Shown piece by piece: positions 14,820 through 26,165 of a stretch of DNA of 64,000 bases. Position numbers and translations under genes: made by a program. Source of the stretch: the human T2T-CHM13v2.0 reference genome, Homo sapiens; assembly GCF_009914755.1 (NCBI RefSeq), contig NC_060926.1, one strand, 5' to 3'. Position 1 is the first letter of the stretch; the number at the start of each line of letters is the position of its first letter. Below the pieces are notes generated by a model. That model did not search any database. It saw nothing but the letters and a program-made list of their open reading frames with translations, and was not told the origin of the DNA.

Positions 14820-14973
14820 CAGGGGTTCACAATCTAGCCATACATTGAAATTACCTGGAGACTTTAAAAACACTGGATCCCACACCTAGAGATTCTGATT
14901 TCATTGGTCTGGGGTCTGTTCTGGGCAGATTTTCAAAATCTCCTCATGAGGTTCTAATGTGTAGTCAGCTCTG
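14820..14973. mobile_element. MER5A-family hAT MITE with 8-bp TSD gtttaaag
   Basis: cagggg...gaaattacctggag...agagattctgatttcattggtctgggg...ctg. TSD at 14812-14819 and 14974-14981. Confidence 0.78.
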
Positions 14974-15007
14974 GTTTAAAGAATCGGTAACAGCAGGGGT
15001 ACCTTGA

Positions 15008-15311
<304 letters not shown>

Positions 15312-15332
15312 CAATTAAATATTCTTAAGGAG

Positions 15333-15628
<296 letters not shown>

Positions 15629-15680
15629 TTAGAGATATATATATGTAGATAGATAGATTTATTTGTATATTCTTAAGGAG

Positions 15681-15842
15681 AACTTCTCAAACTGTAAGTT
15701 GCACACAATTCAACTGGAAATCTTGTCAAAATTCAGATTCCTTCTGAGCCAGCCTGACACAAGGCCTGAGATCCTGCATTCCTCACAGCTCCCAGGTGCT
15801 GCCGATTCTGCTGGCCCACGCACCACATTTTGAGTAGCAAGG
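15681..15842. mobile_element. MER5A1/MER5B-like hAT MITE
   Basis: ttctcaaact...cttgtcaaaattcagattc...cagctcccaggtgctgccgat...cacattttgagtagcaagg. Confidence 0.7.
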
Positions 15843-15855
15843 ATCAGGAAAGCCA

Positions 15856-16010
15856 CAGTCTCTCACTCCAGTCCAGCAGTGGAAACTTGTTAGAAATGCA
15901 GTTCTCAGGTTTCACCCTACAACTATCAAATCATAAACCTTGGAGGTGCCTCTGCGTTTGACCAAGCCCTGCAGGCAGTTCTGACGCTCTCTCAGGTTTG
16001 AGTACCTCTG
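15856..16010. mobile_element. MER5A hAT MITE
   Basis: ggaaacttgttagaaatgcagttctcagg...ccaagccctgcaggcagttctgacgc...gtttgagtacctctg. Confidence 0.72.
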
Positions 16011-16739
16011 CTCTGCTTCATAACATAACCGTGTGTCACTATTTCACCAGCCGAGCTAGGTCAGGAGCACTTCCTTCTCTGAATATGACTGGACCTTTCC
16101 CAGTGGGGTGTCTAGGATTTTAAAAGGGAAGCGTTTCACTTTCTTTTTCATCCTGGCAATTAAAAGGCCATTATTCTCACATGACCCCTAAGTGGTAATG
16201 AATCTAACGCGCTGCTCTTTGTTCCAGCGCTGAACCACGCAAGCTCCATAAAATGAGGGGGTGGTCACGCTTTCCAGGGTCCTTTCTGTTTCTGACAGGC
16301 TGTGATTCCACCACTCTCCAACTAGAGAGGCTATGATGGTTTCTGTGCCTTTGTCCCTGGACTCCAATCAGCCACCCGTGCTGTATTGTTCCTATTGTTA
16401 TGCCCGTTTTTTAAAAAAGAGGAGAGGGTCAAAGGCAGCAGCAAACCTCAGATGCTGGGCAGCAGTCACTCATTCTTGCAAAGTCGGTAACCCCTAGCAG
16501 CAGGGTCTGGCTTACAGTGCATGGAGACGCGGAGGCAGAAGGCTGCAAAGAAGCCTGGATTTCTTGTGGGACCCTGGCTGGCTGGAATTACCCCAAAGCT
16601 CTAGAGATAAGTGTGGGGGAGTCCCTGTGAAGCTGCTTTTCCAGCTCCTTGGCATTTATTACACACTATGAACTGTCTCTGTCTTTCAACCGTGAGTGTT
16701 AGAAATGGCCCACCTGGAACGCACAAAGCCCTGTGAGGT

Positions 16740-16849
16740 TGGGTAATCTAGCCATCCCAGTTTGCCAGAGATGGCCTCCTTTTTAGCACTGAAAGTCCTA
16801 TGAAAGAGCAACATCTACATTACTGGAAAACAGGATGGTCGGCCCCTCT
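16740..16849. mobile_element. MER81 (hAT-Blackjack MITE)
   Basis: gggtaatctagccatcccagtttgcc...ttttagcactgaaagtcc...aaacaggatggtcggcccctcta. Long imperfect terminal inverted repeats. Confidence 0.65.
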
Positions 16850-16852
16850 AGA

Positions 16853-17056
16853 TGAGGGTTTTTTAATGTCATTAGTGGTCTGGATAATTATTTGTTATGA
16901 AGGGCTGCCCTGTGTGTTGTAAAAAGTTTAGTAGCATCCTTGGCCTCTACGCACTAGATGCCAGTAGGACTCCCCCAGTTGAGACAACCAAAAGTGTCTC
17001 CTGACATTGCCAAATGTCCCCTCAGAGGCAAAGTCACTCCCAGTTGACAGCCACTG
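16853..17056 (-). mobile_element. MER20
   Basis: tttagtagcatccttggcctctacgcactagatgccagtag...gacattgccaaatgtcccc...ccactg. Flanked by ctctagat and tcctagat. Confidence 0.88.
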
Positions 17057-17099
17057 TCCTAGATATATGTGACTGTGTAGTCTGAAACCTCACCTAGGC

Positions 17100-18082
17100 C
17101 AGCAATCCTCAAATGTTAATGTGCATGAGAATGACTTGGCATTTGAACAGACATTTCTCCAAAGAATGCAAACAAATGGGCAGAAAATACCTGAAAAGAT
17201 GCTCAGTATCATTAGTCTTTAGGGAAATGTAAATTAAAACAAAAATGACATACCACTTCACATGCACTGGGGATGACTAAAATAAAAAAGATTGGTAATA
17301 ATAACTATTGGCAAGGATGTGAAGAAACTGGAACCCTTATAGGTTGCTAGTGGGATTGTTAACTAGTACATCCACTTTGGAAAATAGTTTGAGAGATCCT
17401 CAAAAGGTTAAACACAGAAGCATCATAGGACCCAGTGAACATGTTCCTAGCTATAAACAAGAGAATTAAAAATATATGTCCACACAAAAGCCAGTGTACA
17501 CATGTTCACAGCAGCATTATTCACAACAACTGAAAGGTGAAAACAATCCACTGTCCATAAACTGACAAAAAGATGAACAAATGTGATCTATTCATTCAAT
17601 GCAGTATTTTTTAGGCATAAAAAGAAATGAAGCACTGATACACGTTGCAACATGGGTAAACCTTTTAAACATTTGGCTAAGTGAAAGAGCCAGTCACAAA
17701 AGCTCCCATATTGTATGATTTCATTTCTGTGAAATGTCCAAAACAGGCAAATCCATAGAAACAGAAAGTGGATTTGTGGTTTCTAAGGACTAAGAAGACA
17801 GGAGAATGGTGTCTGACTGCTGATGGGTACAGAGTTTCTTTTGGGAGGAATGAAAGTATTCTAAAATTAGATAGTGGTGGTGGTTGCACACTTCTGTAAA
17901 TATACTAAAAACCAATGAATCGTACGCTTTGAATGGGTAGCTTGTTTGACATGTGAATTATATCTTAATAAAATTTTTATTTAAAAGGATCAATTTGGGA
18001 TCTTGCTAAAAATGCAGATTCAGATTCAGTAAGTCTGGGGTGGGGCCTGATATTCTGGGTAATGCATTTGGAAAAGCAAAAC
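17100..18082. mobile_element. MER5A1-like MITE split in two (17100-17139 and ~17987-18082) by an L1M insertion
   Basis: Left part cagcaatcctcaaatgttaatgtgcatgagaatgacttgg. Right part gatcttgctaaaaatgcagattcagattcagtaagtctggggtggggcctga. Confidence 0.65.
17140..17986 (+). mobile_element. L1M 3' end (L1MB-like: ORF2 C-terminus remnant plus 3'UTR)
   Basis: gaacagacatttctccaaagaa...gaaaagatgctca...agccagtcacaaaa...aggcaaatccatagaaacagaaagt...tatatcttaataaa. Confidence 0.88.
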
Positions 18083-18088
18083 TCTAGA

Positions 18089-18275
18089 ACAAGAGTTCTT
18101 CCAGTGTGTTTCCTGACCAGCAGCATTAGAATCACCTGTGAGCTTGTCAGAAATACAAATTTTCTGACTGCACCCCAGACCTACTAAATCCAAAATTCTG
18201 AAAGTTGGGTGGGGCAATATGTTTTAACAAGCTCTCTTGGTAATTTGGATGCATGCTGGTGTTTGAGAACCACTG
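18089..18275. mobile_element. MER5A
   Basis: ccagcagcattagaatcacctgtgagcttgtcagaaatacaaatt...ccccagacctact...gtttgagaaccactg. Confidence 0.85.
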
Positions 18276-19779
18276 CCTAGGCTGTCCTCATCCTGAATGA
18301 CTCTTTCCCTTGCAGGGAAACATGCGAAGGTAAACTATTAGATTTTTAATAATAATAAATAATATTGTTAAAAAATCATTAAGTTTCATTATAAGGCATA
18401 TTACTTTAAAGAAGTAAGCCTCATAGCTGAAGAAAATTTGATATAAAGGTATGTTATCCCTGGATCTTGGTGGCACCCAGGACATTTTGTTTATTATGTT
18501 TCTAAAGATTCTATTAAGAGTTAAAATAACCTTACTTCAGAAGTGCCAGAAAACACACAAATGATCTCTTCTTTGCATATTGGTATATGAGTCCTAACAT
18601 TATACATGTGGTATCCACTTATGATTTGCTAGTTGAAATGAAGAAGGAAAAGGAAGTGGATATGGCAGTAACGTAGAAAGGAAGGGGAAGGAAAAATTTA
18701 TGGGAGAAGTAAGAGTCTGGGATACATTCCCAGCTCTGGAACCAATGCGCTGGAGGGTATTCTCTCTTGGCCATTGCTGTGTGGTGATTCAGTATTTTAC
18801 TGGCCCTTTGGTAAAAGGAAAGGAGAATCCTTATTTTTAATGCTAAGTACACTACTATTTTTATTATAAACAGAAATAGATATGCTATGTTTGCTTGTTT
18901 GTTGTTTGTTTTCTGAAGGAAGACTGAGACTACAATACAAAGACCTAGTCCTTAGGGACTCATTTCTAGAGCTGAATACACCTGGCAACTCAGTAACAGC
19001 CATCCATATACCTAAGTGCCCTCACTGTCTGAGAGAGACATGCACTTCATTAACCCATCTTGAGTTCTTCATTCACTAAAGAGCCATCTCCTAGTCTGAA
19101 GAGTGAATGTGCTCCCCTGAATCTCTAATTTATTGCCAGAAAAGGGTTTTAGCCTTGGGAAGACTCAGCTCCCTCTGCTGATCATTGACTGACAGCCCCA
19201 GGAATCAGGTAGAACACCATAAAGCATAGTCAATTGTCCCTGTCATCCAGTTTCATGGCTTGTCTGCCTCTCCTATCCTTGATGCTCTCCACAGGGCACC
19301 CAACCCAGTGGGATTCATGTTTTCCACTTTGCCAAAATACAAACTCCACCACTTAATTCATTCAGACAGTTTGTACAAGTTGTGGCAAGGAGTAGTTCAG
19401 TGCCGAGCAATGTTCTTCTTAGAATCATCTCAGGGAGAAAATTCCATCCAGGAACTGACTGTTACAAAGGTATTCACACCCCCAGAATGGAGCAGTTCAC
19501 TTCCTTAGCAACTGCTTTCTTGTCCAATGAACTGAACTAATTTAAATACAAGTATTAGATTGTCCTATACAAGGAATGTATGTTGCTGCTCCTCCTGTTG
19601 TTCATGAGGCATACCTCTCCTTTCAACTATAACTTATGTACCACCTCTTTCAGAAACTGTATCAAATTAAACTTTTCTAGTTAGGCAATATGTATCATCT
19701 CTACAACTGAAGACATTTCAATTATTGTATTTTTATGGTTTCATGCAGTATGTGATGTGTTTTCAAATTATTAACATAT

Positions 19780-20625
19780 CTGAACTCCTAATTGCCTCCT
19801 CTCTGTCTCCACCATATGCATACCTCCACCTCAATGAATGATACCATCATATACCCAGGGACTGAAGCATGACACCTGGGAAACATTTTCTGATTTTTCC
19901 TTTTACATCATTCAAACCACCAGGAAGTCCCTACTTGCAAACATATTTTGGATTTGTCCCTTCTCATTCCATGGCCACCACGATCTCTTTTCTGGATATT
20001 TTCAATAAGCTGCTATGCAGTCACCCTAGTTCTGCCTACATTTAATCCATTCTCTACACAAACAATGGAGTGGTACTTTTAAAATGTATATGAGATGCCC
20101 TTTCCCTCAGTTAAAAACTTTTCATGGCTTTTCATTGTACTTGGAATAAAACTCAAAGTCTTACCATGACTATAATACACATGAAAACCGTCTCCAGCCT
20201 CTACTCCTCCCTCTAATTATTGGTGCTAACAGCACACTGACTTTCTTTCTGTTTCTAGAACAAGTCAAGTGTTGTCTATAAAGTCTTTACCTTTGCTAAA
20301 CCATCTCCATAAAATACCATTCCCATAGCTTTCACATGACTTTTCTTTCCAAGTTCAGCCCAAATTCACCCCTTTAGAGGAGTTATTTGTGACTAATTAG
20401 CTATTAGTTTTCATTCTCTAACATACCACAGATTTTCTTTTTTGCATTTTATCACAATCTGTAATTGTTTTAAGTATTTATTTGTTTATTATCTATTTCC
20501 CTGACATTTATATATGCTCCAGAAAGGAGGAAATTTCTTAATGTATTTTATTATTTTATCCAACAATTAGCACAAATCAGTAGTATAAAATCAGCTCTCA
20601 ATAAATATATATTTACTGGATGAAT
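19780..20625 (+). mobile_element. L2 3' region
   Basis: atccattctctacac...cttttaaaatg...ggaataaaactcaaagtcttaccatg...ctcaataaatat...gatgaat. Confidence 0.75.
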
Positions 20626-21474
20626 CAGCATGGATGTTTTTGTTTCCCATAAACTCTTGAAGAATAGAAGCTGATCTATTTTTCATTAAGTACTTAAAGT
20701 ATGAATAGTCCACTCATCATATACAAACACATGCTAATTAATAAAATGACATAAGGACCTCTAGTTGAACTTGTCTAGGCAATAACATAGAGCCTGTTTC
20801 TGAAAGCTCCCTATGTTTCTTTGCTCTGCTTTTCCTCATTTTTGAAATTTGGCATGAAGATACGTGTTCTGTTGTTACAAAATGGCTTCCAATCTTATTT
20901 GAGAAATTAAGAACTAGCCTTTCTAAATCCTTCTTTATCTGTCCTTGCGGTTAAACTGAACTAAATATTATTATCACATGCCTTGAAAAGGGATCCAGAG
21001 ACTATTTATTAGATGCAATAGGCAAATATATAATAAAATCACCAATTCCTTTCTTTTTTACCCTGATTATTAGGTGGGAGATTCAAAATGAACATTATCC
21101 TCAGGTTAATCATGGCCAGCTTTATGTGAAATGACAACAAATGTACTGGGACCCTATTGATTACTTTGTCTGTTTGTATGAGGCGTATTGTGGGAGGTTG
21201 AATTCAAAGCAGAGTGGTAATGACTACTGTCAGGGCTTGGCCTTCCTGCAGTACTCCCTGGTTACCTCTCACAGAACTCCTACCTCCACCTCACACATGC
21301 TTACACTTCTGATCATCAAAAACTGGCACAACTCTTCACTGATCCTTCCTCATAAGAATTAATATGTCAGAAGTGAGGCTTTAACAATTTCTGGTGTATG
21401 TCACCCTAAGATACTGACAAGGAGTTGGGGGAAGAATATATGTTCTATTGGCTCATCTCCTCTAATTTGCATAA

Positions 21475-21981
21475 TAATCACAATTCTCCAGAGAAACAGA
21501 ACAAATAGAATATATAAAGATAAAAACAAAGAGATATATCGTGAAGAATTCTGACAAAATTATGGAGGCTGAAAAGTTCCATGATCTGCCATCTGCAAGC
21601 TGGAGACCTAAGGAACCTGTTGGTGCTAGCCCAGGCCCAAAAGCCTGAGAACCATGGGAGTCTATGGTGTGAGTCCTAGTCCAAGTCCCACGACCCAAGA
21701 ACCAGCAGAACTGATGTCCAAGAGCAGGAGAGGATGAATGTCCCAGCTCAAGAAGAGACAGATAATTTGCCCTTCCTCCACTTTTTTTTTCTGGCTCTCA
21801 GCAATTGAATCTCAATGATGTCTACCCACATTGGTGAGAGTGATTTTCTTTACTCAGTCTACAGATTCAAATCTAATCTTATCTGGAAACACCCTCATAG
21901 ACACACCCAGAAATAATGTCTAACTAGTTGTCTGGGCATCCCTTAGCCCAGTCAAGTTGACACATGGAATTAACTATCACA
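21475..21981 (-). mobile_element. MLT2 (ERVL) solo LTR
   Basis: ttctccagagaaacagaacaaatag...tgatctgccatctgcaagctggagacc...ccagtcaagttgacacatggaattaactatcaca. Confidence 0.88.
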
Positions 21982-22121
21982 AGTAGGAAGAGATAATTTT
22001 ACTAACTATAGAAATTCAAAACCTTCTCTGACACAATTCTGTTGTCTAACACAGTTATTTTCAGACTTATAATACATTTTAAGAAAAAAAAATATACTTG
22101 CTATTTAAAACCTAAACATGC

Positions 22122-22282
22122 TGTGGTAGGCAGTTTCTGACCTGGCTCTAATGACTCCCACATCCTGATATTATGTAAGGCTTTCTGTAATCCATTCCCT
22201 TAAGTACCAAAGAAGGGATAAAATGTCACTTTCATGATAATAAGACTACAAAGGATGTTAAGCTTTTATCTTATTTGTATAC

Positions 22283-22321
<39 letters not shown>

Positions 22322-22652
22322 CCTTCTCACATGTTTTCTCTGATAAAGCAAGCTGAAGAGGCTCATGTGGCAATAAATTTTGAATGGCAACAACCAGTGA
22401 AGAACTGAGGTTCTCAGGCCACCAGCTCTCAAGGAACAAAAATGAGTGAGCTTGGAAGCTGATATCTCTACAGTTAAGCCTTCAGATGAGACGATAACCC
22501 TAGCCAAAATCTTGTTTGCAGCCTGGTGAGAGATCCTAAAACAAAGGACCCAGATAAGCTGTGCTCCCATAACATGATGAGATGATAAGCATGTGCTATT
22601 TTAAGCAAGTAAATTTGGGGGTAAGTGGTCTCAGCACAATAGATAACTAGTG
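22122..22652 (+). mobile_element. MLT1-family LTR containing a (CT)n microsatellite
   Basis: tgtggtaggcag...ccttcagatgagac...gcagcctggtgaga...ttttaagcaagtaaatttggggg...caatagataact. Confidence 0.8.
22286..22319. repeat. (CT)n microsatellite, ~17 units
   Basis: Read directly from the sequence. Confidence 0.95.
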
Positions 22653-24384
22653 TATATAAATAGTATGATATTTGACTTTTTTCCCAAGGAGGAAAAAGAA
22701 TACAAATATTCTATAGGAAAATTTCAAACCTGGTTACATAGCCACAAAGAAACTGAAGAAATATTTTATATTAATTTGTCCAATTCAAGGAATCAAGTAG
22801 AATTGTCATTTAAGGATGGAGTGGAGCATAATAGGCAGCAGACACAAGAAGAGAAGTAACTAGAAAGACTTCCCTCCCCTTGGATAATCACTCTAGGTGC
22901 CAGTGGATACTCTGTAGCTATTATTTCCCTTGCTGCTTCTGTCTGCCTTTCCTTCCCTGCCTCTCCACCCTATCCCCTATCTTATGAACCCCCTGGTGGT
23001 TTATGAGCAGTTTTTTTCCTGCTCTAATTGGCCTTAGTGACCTTTTGTTTCCCAGGTACTCAAAATGTGTATGTGTGTCAAACGATGGGGTTGTATACAC
23101 ATCATCTGCAATTTGGTACAAATGAGGTTGAGAGGAGCATCAATGTCTCTGCAAGGAGGAGAAAGGGAATTAGGTCACCACTTGCATATTCATGATTAAA
23201 GTTATGTTAGTTGTTAGTCACTTTTGCTTACCCCTGTGTCAGAATGGCTGTGTTAGAAAAATGGAAGAAATTACTCCTTCCTCAGAATGAATTAATTTGC
23301 TGATTTTTGTACCCTGGAAGAAGGGATTGAAAAAAAGAAGTTGAACCTGCCTAGATTATTCTCAAAAGTCAATTAGAAGTATGGCACAATACTACTGGGG
23401 CAATCTAAGACATACACTTTGCCAAATAAAGGGATAAATTCATTTTGAGGATGCTAGACAGGCAGGGTTGAGAACTAAATCCAAAAGCTTGGGGCTTTGT
23501 GTCACTTCAATTGCCACCATTATTTTTTGATACATTTTTTTCCTCAATGCTTTCTGGAGAGTAAGGAGTTTCCAAATAGCCTGAACTAAAAGTCAGAAGA
23601 TTTTTGACTTACAAAGAACACAAGGACTTTACTAAGGAGCCTTGCTTTTCAAAGACTGGGTCAATTTTCAAGATGCATTGTCCTCAAAGTAGAAAAATCA
23701 AAAGTACCCAAGTTTTGCAGAGTTCTGATCTCTACTCTGATATTGATTTGTTACATGGCCTAGGGCCAGATGTTGAACCTCCCATAGTTTCTTCTCCTTC
23801 TTATCTGTGAAACAGAGATGAAAATTCTGAGCCTCAAAGTGATTTGGTGGAAATTAAATAATAGCTTAAAGCCTTTTGAAAGGGTGAAGTGATAAGTGTT
23901 TCCTTTTGGCTTCTTTCGGATGTTATGCAATTTTCCATTTAAGTGAAAATTAACTTCAAACATATCACACTTCAGTTTTGACCTAATCACCTGTTGATTA
24001 GTGGTTCTAAGCTATTAATTGTGGGATGTCTAAAACAGCAAATGTGAGTGGACACACTGCATGCTCGTATCCAGAGTAGCCTAGAATAAAGCCTTGCCCA
24101 TGATTGTACCTGCCCCCATAGCCCCTTTCACAACTCCTGTGTGCACAAGCAGATAATATAAAGAGTTTAACTAAAATTTAAAACATTGTATCCTTTGTGT
24201 TTTCATTGCCTCTAGGCAAATATAGGATATGTGTTTTTAAATGTTCATGAATAATAAAAAATAAAACAAGAGCATCCAGAGAATGCTAGCTTTTCTTTTC
24301 AAATAATTGTTTATTTATAGTTCATAAAAGATCTAGAAAGACTTAAAGAGCAAGGTGAAGTCCCGACATATGTCATTTAAAAGC

Positions 24385-24480
24385 AGGATGGCATAGTAGT
24401 TAAGCATTTGGGCTCTGGAATCAAACTCAGCTTGAGTTCAAATCTCAGATCAGTCAACTACTGACAGGGTGTAATTGGAT
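24385..24480 (+). mobile_element. MIR 5' fragment
   Basis: ggcatagtagttaagcatttgggctctggaatcaaac...gagttcaaatctcag. Confidence 0.6.
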
Positions 24481-25479
24481 AAAAGAAAGACTTATATTTG
24501 TATTTTCTTTTTTCCATAAAGAGGTCCCTGAGATCGGAGAAAATGTCTTGTTGCCTGTCACATCTGAAGCATCTAATGCATAGTAGGCTTTGCCCCACAA
24601 TATTCTAAGAAAAAAAAAAGAACTATTTTGTACGCCAATAAATGTGCCCTAGAATAACCCTACATTGAAGGTTGGAAAACGGAAAGATGGCTCTTCAAGC
24701 ATCTTTCCCAAATACCAAGGGTGGTTTTCTAAGGATTTGTTTTACCAGTATTTAGAAAAAAACTTCTACTCAGAAAGCACAGTGACAGATGTAGAATTGC
24801 TGCAGAATAAATCATGTGCCCTATTAGAGGACACCACCGTGGTTTCTTTCAAGCCAATTTGCTTAGAGAAGTACAAATCTCTTCTTGCACAGGAGTGGAA
24901 TTACTCATTATACTCAGCCTCACATAAAGCTTAACTACTTGCCAAGGCTGCTCAAAGCCTTCTGGTGGCCTGTTCCTTTTGATGGTGGAGAAAGGGTTCA
25001 GTGTGTCTCCAACGCTTATGTAATATAATGTGCAATCAGCTTTCAATTCTCTAGGGATGAAAGCTTTAAGCTCAAGCCCAGAGAATAACTAGATTGGAAA
25101 GGACAGTGTCACCTGGATAGCAATCCCACAGCTATTGTGTTGTAGCTGGTACAAAAAGTGAACTTAGAATTTTGACCAATTAATGCTGATGTTTATGCCA
25201 AAAAAAAATCCAGATTTGTCCTATATAGAGAATTGGATAGTGCTGTTTGGTTTCCTCTAATCTCCTTTTTTAGCTACTGTTTAATTTTCCTCCAAATGTG
25301 ATTAGAGAAAATAGCCTGTCCAGTAATTTGTTATCAAATCTGTCTTTTGTCTCTGTAATGGCTTTGATAAATAATGGCCTGAATATATAGATGTACAGTT
25401 CCAAATAAAAGAAAGAGCCAGTGTACTTATAGGATCCACTTATAGAAAGAGCAGTATTAGGGTAATAAACTTAAGAAAA

Positions 25480-25620
25480 AGTGTTGACAAGGAGTTAGGA
25501 GCCCCGGGTGTGTGTCCTTGTACCATCATTATCTAGCTACAGTACTTTAAGGAATTCATTACCTTTCTTTGAGCTTTGTTTTTCTCCTAGGAAGAATGAA
25601 AATGCTGTACTACCTAATCT
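25480..25620 (+). mobile_element. MIR fragment
   Basis: ggagttaggagccccggg...tcattacctttctttgagctttgtttttctc. Confidence 0.45.
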
Positions 25621-26024
25621 CTATACTGACTCAATTATCTCTCCTGTTTCCTCCAAGCCATCTATAAATGCTCACTCACTGAAAGGACGTTTGCCTTATG
25701 CTATAAAAAAAATTTTTTCCAGGAAAAAAATCGACATTCATTTCTGCATATTATCTTCATACTCCTTCCTGCAATAACACAACTTTGGAAATGATATTCC
25801 TGCTCTCTTCCCAGAAGATGAGATAGTAAGACAGTGAATACCTAAAGAAAATGGAAAATATATGTGAAGGAGGTGTCCAGCCAAGAAACTGCCTAATGTA
25901 CTGGAGATCTAAAGTGACCTTTTAAGGTTAAGCACAGAGCCTCCTAATGAGGTCCTCATGCAGTTTATTACCTGCCATCCAGGCTGTTCCCTCTAAAGCA
26001 GAGCTACATAGACTGTCAAGGACA

Positions 26025-26165
26025 TTGAGTTTCAAATACAGTCACCAGCTGGGTGACCTCATCTGAAAAGGGAGCATGAGCCCTACCTAGCTGGGTTTCT
26101 CTCAGGGTTGCAAACCACACTTTATGTAAAAGTGCTTACCCAATACTCAGCTCACAATAAATGAC
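26025..26165 (+). mobile_element. MIR fragment
   Basis: gagtttcaaat...ctgggtgacctcatctgaaaaggg...atgtaaaagtgctta...caataaatg. Confidence 0.5.

Noticed and set aside
24665-24934. 89-codon ORF with protein-like composition
   Set aside because: Non-ATG start, no recognisable domain and no flanking splice signals. Length is within chance expectation.
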